64,000 bases of DNA, taken from assembly GCA_964016885.1 (NCBI GenBank), contig OZ024742.1, positions 152,706,001-152,770,000 of the forward strand, given 5' to 3'. The position numbers and the translations under genes were made by a program. The number at the start of each line of letters is the position of its first letter. Position 1 is the first letter of the stretch. The notes under the pieces are model-generated. The model saw nothing but the letters and a program-made list of their open reading frames with translations, was not told the DNA's origin and did no database searches. Positions 11,094 through 26,130 of this stretch are shown in pieces. Source of the stretch: Eledone cirrhosa (Eukaryota).

Positions 11094-13724
11094 TTAATAA
11101 ACACAGTGTTGAGTATAAGCTCCACCAAGCTTAGTCACACAAATATCGGAATACAATAGAGGGTAAAGATAGGGAGATCGGAGATGGCGGACAAGGAGGG
11201 GGTACATGTTGGGGTTGTTAAGCACCACAGATTTCACAAGATGCAGATACGATTGATGGCACACAAAAGCAAAAAATACAAGCAATGGTTAAAACATAAT
11301 AAAAAAAATAATAATACAATAATAATAAAAAAATAAAAGGAAGATAATATAAAGAGATAAAAAGTAAATAAAAGGGTAAACAATTTTTTTTTAAATTGTT
11401 AAAAAGAAAGAAATGAAAACAGAAATAAGAAAGAAGAAAATTGTTTTAAGCACATAAAGAAGCCAGAGGGATTTAAGCGCTGGTCCCTAATAAAACGAGT
11501 GAATAGGATCTCCGTAACTTATAGTTATATAAGCACTAAGAGGTTCTTAAGGTACATCCAGAAAGACCACAGTAATCAAAATCCCCGCCATGGTATACAT
11601 ATACAAGGTATACTGGTAGATACCTGAATTACGTAGCTCATGGGTGCTCCACAAGCATATAGACAGGTTGTCACATAAATACATGTCTCCTCACTACTTG
11701 AAAATGTTTACATATATTTTGGTCCTTCTACAATAAAGGAAATTCATAACTAGATAATAATTGTTTCTACTTTTGGCACAAGGCCAGCAATAACTAGATA
11801 ATAATAAATAATATATAACATATTAAAACAAACAGAGGTTTATTCTCAGAATTAACAAATTATACATTGAGTGAGTTAATGTGTATAAATTTCAATAATA
11901 AGGTGTAAATATAACCAGGGAATATACTCATACATTCTGAAACAAGTCAATAATTATCACTGAAGATGAATAAATATCAAACAGTTACGATGTTACTTTA
12001 AATGCATAATTTTAATTTGCAAGTACTTAACAATCAGTGTGATATTGAATGAAAAATAAGGAATTATAAGTACATAAGTTGAACTTCGAATCTCCCGAGA
12101 ATAAAATTGATACCTCAATATCAAAATTGTTTGCAATATGTTAAAATTGTTTCTTACGTTATGAATTCCGCTCCTCAAGAGAGACGATTCAATTCCGGAA
12201 AATTCATACATTTTCCAAGTTCATTAAACATGTAAGTAAAATGAAATAATTATAACCATTGTCTCAAACCGTCTGGTTTATACATACGATAAGCAACTTA
12301 CTGTCTTCTATTAGCGTCGCTTAGAAACAGAACTTTGTACACAACAGCTGATTTGCACACGCTTTATTTGAAAGGGAATGTGTCTCTTGAGTAAACAGTC
12401 AGCTGAAAGCAAGCTGATCGCAAATTGATATCACATGGCCAGAATCAATTCATTTTTCATATATTGATAATTCTAACGAGAAGGGAGGCTTGAATATGAA
12501 TAACATGCACAACCTTTTCTGTGTATACAATCGTGACCTTGCAATAAACCTTGTGAAATTAGCACATTGTCAGACACTCATCACTACACGGATATGAGAT
12601 GTAAAGACGAGCAAATATAAGAGAGGTTAGAAAATGTCAACGATAAATCCTTTGTGTGGGTTGTAACTACTGAGAAATGCAATACGAGGAAAATGAACCA
12701 GTAATTGGAAACAAAATCCTAATTAACTGATGAAAGTCAGAGCGCCATAGGATTTGCTAAAACGTGTGTAACTAAGCTTGATTTTGCTTCTTGAGAATCC
12801 AGTAATAACTACTATTTGAAAGCATACAAGTGTCCAGTTGATGTATGAACATCAAAGCATTGTGTAATGCTCATTTAAGTAACTTTTACAGCCGAATTGA
12901 AAGTAATTGAAGCCCACTTCAATCATATGTGTAAGTTATATTATGATGAGTATTTCTGTATATTATACCTAATTTATCCTATGCCCTGCGTAAGTTAGTC
13001 AGATCTATACGAAGTTCCATTTATTAAAGAAGTTCTGTTGTGTATTTATTTCACAATTAAAATGCATAGCTTTTGCTTGACGCCATTTTAAGATGCAATT
13101 CAAAAACATTACTTTTATGAATTTGAAATTGACATACATACATGGGCGTACATTTAGACATTTCTGCATAAATTCTCAATAAATCAACGACAGCTATTAA
13201 AAATATTCGGATATATTTTTTAATGTATGTATAAATTCATCAAGCGTCATACTTACATTTTAATTCTTTCTCTCTAATTTAATCGCGATAATACTATTCA
13301 TCTCATTCATATATTCTCGTTAATTGTCGGTTACACCGATTCCTTCATTTATATGACTTACCATTGTCATCATCACTTGGTATATGTGTGTATGGTTTAT
13401 GACATTATTATTATAAACTAATCCTAATACCGTATTAACATGCAATTTCCCAGTACAGTTGTTTTATGTTCAAGAGTATTTTATATAAAGATGATGCATT
13501 AATTATAAAGTATTTTTTCATTATATATGCATTATATATGCATAATTATATATGCATAATTGTATTAGTAATTTCTAATGTTGTGTAGATCTCGTTGGAA
13601 CACGATATTTTCAAATGTTTACAGTTTTTCATTGTTTCTATACGAAACTTCATCACAAAAGTACGATTTATTATTACGCGCTGCTCGTAAAAGATTTTGC
13701 ACATAATATGTAAACATTATTTAA

Positions 13725-14050
13725 GGGCGGTGGATTGGCAGTATTGGTAGAGGGTTGGACGCCATGCTTTGACATATAGAGTTACGGCCCTTGCCATTCT
13801 GAGTTCAAATCCCACCGAGGTTAACTTTTCCTTTCATCATTAACGGGGTCGATAAAATAAACTACCAGTAATGCACTGGTATTTGCTGGCCTTGTGCCTA
13901 ACGTAGAAACAATTATTTACCCTTTATGATCTGAGTTCAAATCCCGCCGAGGTTAACTTTGCCTTTCATCCTTACGGGGTCGATAAAATAAAGTACCAGT
14001 AATACACTGGGTAATTGCTGGCCTTGTGCCAAATGTAGAAACAATTATTT
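13725..14050 (+). mobile_element. tRNA-derived SINE with a Nin-like core domain and a tandemly duplicated 3' half
   Basis: GAGTTCAAATCC B-box plus GAGGTTAACTTTGCCTTTCATCCTTACGGGGTCGATAAAATAAAGTACCAG core, present twice. Confidence 0.8.
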
Positions 14051-15647
14051 ACTACTTAATAGTTGAACAGCATAGTAACAAGCCACTGATTGAACAATAA
14101 AAGCATAGAAGAATGAAATAATATAAAGTAAGCTCAATTTCTTCACATATACACACACGCACAAACATCCACACACACATATGTAGGTAAGAGCCATGTT
14201 TTATGCATGTGGTATTAAAGAAAACTTTTATTTTCAAGTTAAAATAACATTTCATTTTATGTCTGGATGTATGTGTGTATATATATATATGTATATGTGT
14301 GTGTGTGTGACAGAGAGAGAGAGAGAGAGAGGGTGCGTGCGCGTGTGTGTGTAGATTTCGAGTTAAATCGGGGTTAACGACAGTAAATAAGGTACTGAAT
14401 ACAATAGTAGTATGTGAACATCATTAGAGATAGCTTATACAAGGCAAGTACTGTTTCATTCCTGACGATTTGATATGAATGACAGTCTAATCCTGTAGAA
14501 GCCATTTATATGTTAAATAATGTTGCAACGGCAAGAGCTCAGCCGACGGTTCCCGACTCTTTATAATATAGACATACTCTACTAACCCAAGTATCGAGTA
14601 TTCAGTTGAGTAATGGTCTAACCAGCTCCTGAGGAGTAATGGTATCCAGCTTCCGAGGAATGGCCGGAAAAGGATTCAGGACCCCCACACGGCACATTCT
14701 GGCCGATGTGAATCTTGGTACAATGTTTCTTGCCCATCAATCCGCAGAAATGAAGAAGGAAAGTGACCATAAATTAAATATCAGACGAGTAATGGTATTG
14801 ATTTACGTGACATTTCATTCCCTCGAAATTACTGCTTTTGTACAAAAATTTGAAATTAAACGAACACGATGCTATGGCAATATCGTTAGATTTTCGGACG
14901 AAATGACTTACGTTAGTTAATAATGACTTCTCGGCTTTGATTACAAATCTCGCCGGAGTCAATGTAAGTACCAGTGAAGTACTAGAGTTGAATTAATGGG
15001 TAACCCAACCCCTAATATACTATTCATGTGTATAAGTTAAATATCGTTCTGACCAAAAATATACGAAATAGTTAAATATTTTCCAGTTCTGCCTTCATAG
15101 TTGAGACATTTTAGATTAATATATCTTGCCCATTGAAATAATAAATACAGAATCTACAAGAAAACACAGTCCATGGAAACCACGGTACGAGGGAATCGAT
15201 ATATCGACCGGGAGTCGGCACAGGGCATGGTTGGCTAAATCATCTACAAACATAAAACATCACAAAGTTATTCGGGGAAACATCTTCGCATTAATGCACT
15301 TAGAATCTTTAAATGTATGGGTAGCTTTTCTTCCTGTCTATTGTCACGAAAATCAATCCAATATAAGAGGCAAAATCGAGCTGTTCATTTATTCCTTTTA
15401 CGGGAAATTAAATTATCTAGTATAGCTTCACCCAAAACATTTAAGTAATTATCTCCGCATGGTAGAAGATCATTTACCAAACAAATTTATAGATTCATTA
15501 GTCTAAAGGTAATATAGAAATAATCCGCCCACTGCAGTGACCGTCACAATACAGTTTAGTAATTTCCTTCATAAAACTACACAGCACGTGTTGGCTCACA
15601 TATTTATCTTCATTACTTGAACGAAACATATAGGTATAGAAACCATG

Positions 15648-15682
<35 letters not shown>

Positions 15683-15702
15683 ATATATAAATATATATAT
15701 AA

Positions 15703-15798
<96 letters not shown>

Positions 15799-15836
15799 GT
15801 ATATATATATATATATATATATAAATATATATATAT

Positions 15837-15868
<32 letters not shown>

Positions 15869-15884
15869 TTATATATGTATACAT

Positions 15885-16330
15885 ACATATATGTATACAG
15901 ACGTACAGTAGCATGTATATATATATATATATATATGCACGTATAATATGCATAGGGAAAGTATATACATTCAGACGTTCAACCATCTGGCAGGAAGGTA
16001 TACGATGCTGACGATAGCTAATAAGCTTGAAACTAGTACATCGTTCCTGTGTCAGTGTTGAACAAAAAGGTGACGTGGTTGCCTAAACACTGTACGGCGT
16101 AATTCGGACTGTTTGTTTGTTTACAAACAAACAAACCGAGCATTACAATAAATGTTCGGTAAACCGATACGTGCATATATATATATATATATGCGTGCAG
16201 GTATGTATATATATACATACTATTGTACTTCTGTATACATATGTGTATGTACGTATACATACATATATGCTTACATTTAAGTAAGTGCCGTACTAAGAGT
16301 GAGAAATGAAATTTCGTTTCATTCTATTCC
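15885..16330 (+). mobile_element. Solo diverged monomer of the 470-bp hammerhead satellite, with a short inverted 5' piece
   Basis: Colinear similarity to the array unit; flanked by (TA)n. Confidence 0.85.
16002..16044 (+). ncRNA. Type I hammerhead ribozyme (satellite family)
   Basis: acgatg-CTGACGA-tagctaataagctt-GAAA-ctag-TA-catcgt. Confidence 0.88.
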
Positions 16331-16351
16331 ATTTATTTATATATAAATATA

Positions 16352-16944
<593 letters not shown>

Positions 16945-16999
16945 GTATATATATATATTTATATATATATATATAAATATATATATATTTATATATATG

Positions 17000-17049
<50 letters not shown>

Positions 17050-17283
17050 TATATTTATATATATATATATATATATTTATTCATTTATATATTTATTTAT
17101 TTATATATTTATTTATTTATATATTTATTTATATAACAGAACACACTCGCTGATAGGTTGGTTTTTCACTTTTCGCTTCTGTGTCTTTTATATCGGTAAT
17201 CTAATTTATTGTATAAATATATATATATTTATATAAATGAAAAGTATAGAAATTGTTGTAGCGAGAAGCTAACAGTATTCCAT

Positions 17284-19295
<2,012 letters not shown>

Positions 19296-19352
19296 AATGC
19301 ACCAAAGTACTCAATACTTAGCGTAGTAGAGTGGGTATTAGGAACGAGTAGG

Positions 19353-19448
19353 ACCCCGACGGCTGAGCTCAAGCCGTTTCGACTGCTAATTCTGGACTAA
19401 ATGAACATTTTTAGCCTGGTAAATGAATAGCCGAGCTTCTCAGGGGGT
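19353..19448 (-). ncRNA. Degenerate type I hammerhead with a stable stem III, family C
   Basis: Minus strand: acccc-CTGAGAA-...cggctatt...tagcagtc-GAAA-cggct(tgagctc)agccg-TC-ggggt. Confidence 0.55.
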
Positions 19449-20159
19449 AATATTCCATATATGGTAAAAGTGATTGTCACAAGGATTGGTCAAATGCTTG
19501 TTGTTGAGACACATAATTCTATCATGGCATTTTGTGGAAGGGAGGGGTAGCTGAACTTGCCAGTAGAAGAAAGAGGGAGAGGGAGTGGAGGAAACTAGTC
19601 TTGCGTTGAAAGTGACGACTAAAGCAGAATCCTAGGCATAAGATGTCAAGAGGAGGAGGGGGAGGGTCTAAACAATAAGTAGATCTATATGGAGTAAATC
19701 TATAGAGAAAAATAAGAATGTTAAAAATATAAATAAACAATTTCTGGTTACTATTCGCCTACCACAATCATCATATCTTTCACTGGTACTGCTAAACTAT
19801 AGAAAAGTTTAATAGGTGGGGCGGGATACTAAATACGAGATTGTAGTAAAAGAATGTTATGAGTTAGTAGTACTCGGCCTAATCTATCTTACAATGACAG
19901 GTCAACAAGTAGGGGGCCAAAATACTAAAAAAAACAAAGCTAATACGAAATAATAATTCAGGGTACCGAAACTAATACGAAATATTAATTCAGAATCCCG
20001 AAAATAAATACTAATACGATACATAAGAGTACCGCTACAATACATAAATTCTAATGCAAACTACATAAATGCTTAATTCATTTTTAATTTAAATCTGAAT
20101 TAATTTTTCGTATTAATTTTTTCTTATATATCGTACGAATTACTCTGCTTCACACACAC

Positions 20160-20546
20160 AATGAAATTTCGTTTCATTTTTTCCGTTTATCGTTTTCGGT
20201 GCACCCGGCCGATTAACCCACTCGATATGCAAATTGGGCTACTCAGCCGTTAATATGCATAAGGTAAGTATATACGTTCAACAATCTGGCAGGAAGGTAT
20301 ACGTTGCTGACGATAGCTAATAAGCTTGAAACTAGTACAGCGTTCCTATGTCAGTGTTGAACAAACGAGCAACGATGGTTGTGGGACACTACGTCTTAAT
20401 ACGGGATGTTTGTTTACAAACATACCGAGCATTATAATAAATGTTCGGTGAATCCATACGTACATATATATATGTGTGCATGTATGAATATATATATACA
20501 TACTACTGTACGTCTGTATACATATATGTATGTACGTGTACATACT

Positions 20547-20550
<4 letters not shown>
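20160..20550 (+). mobile_element. Solo diverged monomer of the hammerhead satellite (HHR at 20301..20343)
   Basis: acgttg-CTGACGA-tagctaataagctt-GAAA-ctag-TA-cagcgt; octamer at 20227. Confidence 0.85.
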
Positions 20551-20628
<78 letters not shown>

Positions 20629-20637
20629 TATATATAT

Positions 20638-22901
20638 ATATTGTTATACTTGGGGAGGGTCATATTTGTGTAATATTGCCAGAATTAATAACAGAACACA
20701 CTCAATGTTTGGTTGGTTTTCGCTTCTCGTTTCTGTGTCTTTCATATCGGTAATCTAATTTATCAGTCCTCAATGTTGCCGTTGACTGACCAACGGTAAA
20801 AAATAATTGTTTCTACTTTTAGCACAAGGCCAGCAATTACCCAGTTCATTACTAGTACTTTATTTTATCGACCCCGTAAGGATGAAAAGCAAAGTCAAAA
20901 ATAATACAGATACAATATAGACACAAACACATATATATAGTTTATCAAAGTTCTTTCGTTGCACATCTGTAACATCGTCAGTGTTGCTATTATTTCCTCC
21001 CGTTGCATTGTATTTTCTACGCCATCTTTAGTTAGTCTGTTTATATATTTATTTATTTGTTTATTTTATTTTGTCTTCTTTGCGCATGCGTTTGCGTGTG
21101 TGTATAGTGTTTTGTTTGATGTGTGTTCGTGATTGGGTGACTGTGTATTGGTTAATGTATTCTATCTTTACTAGTTTGTGTTTATATGTGCTTGTGTATG
21201 TATTTATTTATTTATCTATTTATTTATACTTCTCTTAGGTCAGTGTTGGTTGTTTGAGTGTTGTTGTTATTCCATTCATTCTTTCTGTTTAGCCTTGGCC
21301 TTCTAAGTTCTATTTCACTGGCCTCTCTGATTTGCCTATATGCTGGGTCATTTCTATATTTAGATATTATTCTAATTTCTATGTTGTCTATGTTACCGTC
21401 GTGTTGTTGTCTGGCATGTTCGTATAGAACTGAACCGTCTTTTCGTCCTTTTAGTTCCCCCCAGTATTAGTCCATCCTTTCACCTACGCTACGAGCTGTC
21501 TCGCCTATGTATGGTGTTGTCATGTTTCTGCAAGTACCCTCTGTACATCTTATGCTATAGACTACGTTTCTAGTTTTTCAGTTTACCCGGGGGTTTACCT
21601 TAGATATGATACATTTCCTATAAGTACAGTGGGTTTTCTTAAAACGGTAGATTTTGCTGATCAGGGATGATTTTATGGTGGTTCCTGGCTTTTCTACGAC
21701 CTTAATCTTTAAATGGGTCTTTCTCAGGGCTTTTCTACACTGGTTAGATAATTTCCCTCGAGGGGTAGCGTCCATAAAAACAACACTCTGGTATCTCTGA
21801 TTGTCGTACCATGAGGTGGCTTTCCCTATCTTATGTCTAGCCCTATCTAAGTTATTCCATGATTTGCTCATCTATAATGCGAACATTCCTTTCATGTCCA
21901 GTTCTATGAGGGTCTTATACTTCTCCGTGGCTCCTTCGTATACTGACTCTGTCTCTTTGGCTGTAGCCAGAGAACTGCATGCGGTTGATGAAGTGTTGGA
22001 TGTGTCTTTCCATTTCTGTTGGGTCGCAGATGCGGGACACATTCTTCATCACTCGTACCAAATCTGCGATCAGAATATTAAACTTAGCACTACTGGACAT
22101 TGCTGAGTTTTTGAGTATCAGCTTTTCGGAGGCCATGGGTTTAGCATAGATGAGTGGAGAATTTCGGCTCTCTCGTCTATAGTGTTAATCCAGAGTTCCG
22201 TGTCTAATACAGGTAGTCTATTGTTAGGGTGTTTGGAAGGGTAGTCGATAGTTACAGTTATACTCTGGAGTATGGAATCAGCTATCTGCTGGATGCTTTC
22301 CATTGTGCTACGTTCTAAATCAAACTTGTTAGTGCTCTCTAGTGGGGATGTTCTTATAACTATATTGATATCGTCTACGTAACGAGAGTACATGCTGTGG
22401 TCTATGGAGCTCTCATTTAAGAGATATTTACGTCTCACATACCCACGATACCATAAAAAGGTTGGCAACGTCACCAGCTATGCTGACGCCAATGACTGCT
22501 CCCACATTTTGTAGATCTTCTCGTTGAACTTGAATATGTGGCCCTTTAGGGTAGTTTTGATACTATCCCATATTGCATGTGCGATCATTTTTCTTACGTG
22601 ATCATTGTTTTGGGGCGTCCGTATAGCTTGGCTCCACCCAATCCACCTTCCCATTGGAGGCTTTTTAGCTATTGAGGCTATGGTGGGGTGTCTACCTCTT
22701 ATGGTTCTACTGGGGCAGAAACGTCTAAGGTCATGGCTGTCTAGGTAGTCAGTTTCGTATGTAAGTCTACGTAGGAGGCCCAGTCCGTCTGTGTCGACGT
22801 CGCAGAACTCCACCTCACTCTCAATGATCATCTCCACACATTTTTCCACAGCAAAATCAATGTTAATGGATGGGTACAGTGATACCACAGCCATGCTGCC
22901 T
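20638..22901 (-). mobile_element. Penelope-like element, family P2 copy 2
   Basis: Closely similar to 17560-19295 and extends further into the RT (GSMAVVSLYPSI, GRHPTI, YVDD); multiple frameshifts. Confidence 0.9.
20803..20897 (-). mobile_element. 5'-truncated SINE inserted in the PLE 3' UTR
   Basis: Nin-like core on the minus strand; flanked by aaaaataat; absent from copy 1 at ~17718. Confidence 0.75.
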
Positions 22902-23027
22902 ATTATGATTGCGGATTTGGTACGGCTGTTGAGAAACGTGTCCCGCATGTGCAACTCCAAAGAACTAGAGAGACACATACAACACTTCATCCACCGTATG
23001 CAGTTCTCTGGTTACAATCAGAGAGAT
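22902..23027 (+). pseudogene. Inverted PLE RT fragment at the 5' end of copy 2
   Basis: IADLVRLLRNVSRMCNSKELERHIQHFIHRMQFSGYNQRD, homologous to the minus-strand segment at ~21950-22075. Confidence 0.85.
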
Positions 23028-23091
23028 AAAACAAATTCAGAAACGAAATATATATAGCAGGATGGCTGAAACAAGTAGAAGAGTAAAAGAG

Positions 23092-23185
<94 letters not shown>

Positions 23186-23242
23186 TTATACAAATATATA
23201 TATATAAATATATTTATATATAAATATATATATATATATAGA

Positions 23243-23935
23243 GATAAACGGAAAAAATGAAACGAAATTTCATTTCTCACTCTTAGTACGGCTGTTACTT
23301 AAATATAAGTATGTATACGTACATACATATATGTATACAGACGTACAGTAGTATGTATATATACATACATGCACACGTATATATATGTACGTATGGATTC
23401 ACCGAACATTTATTATAATGCCCGGTGTGTTTGTAAACAAACATCCCGAATTAAGCCGTACTGTGTCTAGCAACCATCGTTGCTCATTTGTTCAACCCTG
23501 ACAAAGGAACGCTGTACTAGTTTCAAGCTTATCAGCTATCGTCAGCAACGTATACCTTCCTACCAGATGATTAAACGTCTGAAAGTATATACTTTCCTTA
23601 TGCATATTAACGGCTGAGCAGCCTAATTTGCATATCGAATGAGTTAATCGGCCGGGGTACCGAAAATGTTAAACGGAAAAAATGAAACGAAATTTCATTT
23701 CTCACTCTTAGTACGGCTGTTACTTAAATATAAGTATGTATAGGTACATAATATATGTATACAGATGTACAGTAGTATGTATATATATATATCCATGCAT
23801 GCACACACATATATATGTACGTATGGATTCACCGAACATTTATTATAATGCCTGATGTGTTTGTAAACAAACATCCCGAATTAAGCCGTACAGTGTCTAG
23901 CAACCATCGTTGCTCATTTGTTCAAACCTGACAAA
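23243..23935 (-). repeat. ~1.6 tandem monomers (period ~425 bp) of an older subfamily of the hammerhead satellite; HHR at 23509..23551
   Basis: aaacggaaaaaatgaaacgaaatttc at 23246 and 23671; intact minus-strand CTGACGA...GAAACTAGTA. Confidence 0.85.
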
Positions 23936-23936
23936 A

Positions 23937-24342
23937 TGAGAAATGAAATTTCGTTTCATTGTTTCCGTTTATCGTTTTCGGTACCACGGCCGATTAACTC
24001 AGTCGATATGCAAATTAGGCTGCTCAGCCGTTAATATACATAAGGAAAGTATATACTTTCAGACGTTCAATCATCTGGCAGGAAGGTATACGTTGCTGAC
24101 AATAGTTAATAAGCTTGAAACTAGTACAGCGTTCCTTTGTCAGGGTTGAATAAATGAGCAACGATGGTTGGTAGACACTGTAAGGCTTAATTCGGGATGT
24201 TTGTTTACACACACACCGGGCATTATAATAAATGTTCGGTGAATCCATACGTACATATATATATATGTGTGTGCATGTATGTATATATATATACATACTG
24301 CTGTATGCCTGTATGCATGTATGTATGTACGTATACATACTT
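23937..24342 (+). repeat. Older-subfamily monomer with a mutated hammerhead core (CTGACAA, 24090..24132)
   Basis: Inverted relative to 23243-23935 and directly upstream of the array. Confidence 0.85.
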
Positions 24343-24402
24343 ATATATATATAAATATATATATATATATAAATATATATATAAATATATAACTCACTCA
24401 AT

Positions 24403-24410
24403 ATGCAAAT
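24403..24410 (+). promoter_or_regulatory. Octamer motif ATGCAAAT (once per unit)
   Basis: Perfect octamer about 80 bp upstream of the HHR; retained in diverged copies at 20227, 23626(-) and 24008; function is inferred. Confidence 0.45.
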
Positions 24411-24953
24411 TAGGCTGCTCAGCCGTTAATTTTCATAAGGAAAGTATATACTTTCGAACGTTCAACTATCTGGCAGATGGGTAAACGGTGCTGATGATAG
24501 CTAACAAGCTTGACACTAGTACATCGTTCCTGTGTCAGTGTTGAACAAAAAGGTGACGTGGTTGCCTTAACACCGTATGGCATAAATTCAGGCTGTTCAG
24601 TTTGTTTACAAACGAACAAAGCGACGTTAGCGCCGCTAAACTGATACGTGCATATATGTATGTGTACCTGTATGCATATGTATGTATATATGTATATATA
24701 TATATATATATATGTGCATGCTACTGTACGTCTGTATACATATATGTATGTACGTATACATGCATACTTACATTTAAGTAAGTGCCATACTAAGAGTGAG
24801 AAATGAAATTTCGTTTTCATTTTGTTTCAATTTATCGTTTTCGGTATGCCTGACCGATTTAACTCACTCAATATGCAAATTAGGCTGCTCAGCCGTTAAT
24901 TTTCATAAGGAATGTATATACTTTCGAACGTTCAACTATCTGGCAGATGGGTA

Positions 24954-24998
24954 AACGGTGCTGATGATAGCTAACAAGCTTGAAACTAGTACATCGTT
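24954..24998 (+). ncRNA. Type I hammerhead ribozyme, representative of one per array unit (predicted cut after GUA at 24991)
   Basis: aacggtg-CTGATGA-t(agct aaca agct)t-GAAA-ctag-TA-catcgtt; all core nucleotides present; 7 bp stem I. Confidence 0.92.
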
Positions 24999-26096
24999 CC
25001 TGTGTCAGTGTTGAACAAAAAGGTGACGTGGTTGCCTTAACACCGTATGGCATAAATTCAGGCTGTTCAGTTTGTTTACAAACGAACAAAGCGACGTTAG
25101 CGCCGCTAAACTGATACGTGCATATATGTATGTGTACCTGTATGCATATGTATGTATATATGTATATATATATATATATATATGTGCATGCTACTGTACG
25201 TCTGTATACATATATGTATGTACGTATACATGCATACTTACATTTAAGTAAGTGCCATACTAAGAGTGAGAAATGAAATTTCGTTTTCATTTTGTTTCAA
25301 TTTATCGTTTTCGGTATGCCTGACCGATTTAACTCACTCAATATGCAAATTAGGCTGCTCAGCCGTTAATTTTCATAAGGAAAGTATATACTTTCGAACG
25401 TTCAACTATCTGGCAGATGGGTAAACGGTGCTGATGATAGCTAACAAGCTTGAAACTAGTACATCGTTCCTGTGTCAGTGTTGAACAAAAAGGTGACGTG
25501 GTTGCCTTAACACCGTATGGCATAAATTCAGGCTGTTCAGTTTGTTTACAAACGAACAAAGCGACGTTAGCGCCGCTAAACTGATACGTGCATATATGTA
25601 TGTGTACCTGTATGCATATGTATGTATATATGTATATATATATATATATATATGTGCATGCTACTGTACGTCTGTATACATATATGTATGTACGTATACA
25701 TGCATACTTACATTTAAGTAAGTGCCATACTAAGAGTGAGAAATGAAATTTCGTTTTCATTTTGTTTCAATTTATCGTTTTCGGTATGCCTGACCGATTT
25801 AACTCACTCAATATGCAAATTAGGCTGCTCAGCCGTTAATTTTCATAAGGAAAGTATATACTTTCGAACGTTCAACTATCTGGCAGATGGGTAAACGGTG
25901 CTGATGATAGCTAACAAGCTTGAAACTAGTACATCGTTCCTGTGTCAGTGTTGAACAAAAAGGTGACGTGGTTGCCTTAACACCGTATGGCATAAATTCA
26001 GGCTGTTCAGTTTGTTTACAAACGAACAAAGCGACGTTAGCGCCGCTAAACTGATACGTGCATATATGTATGTGTACCTGTATGCATATGTATGTA

Positions 26097-26130
<34 letters not shown>

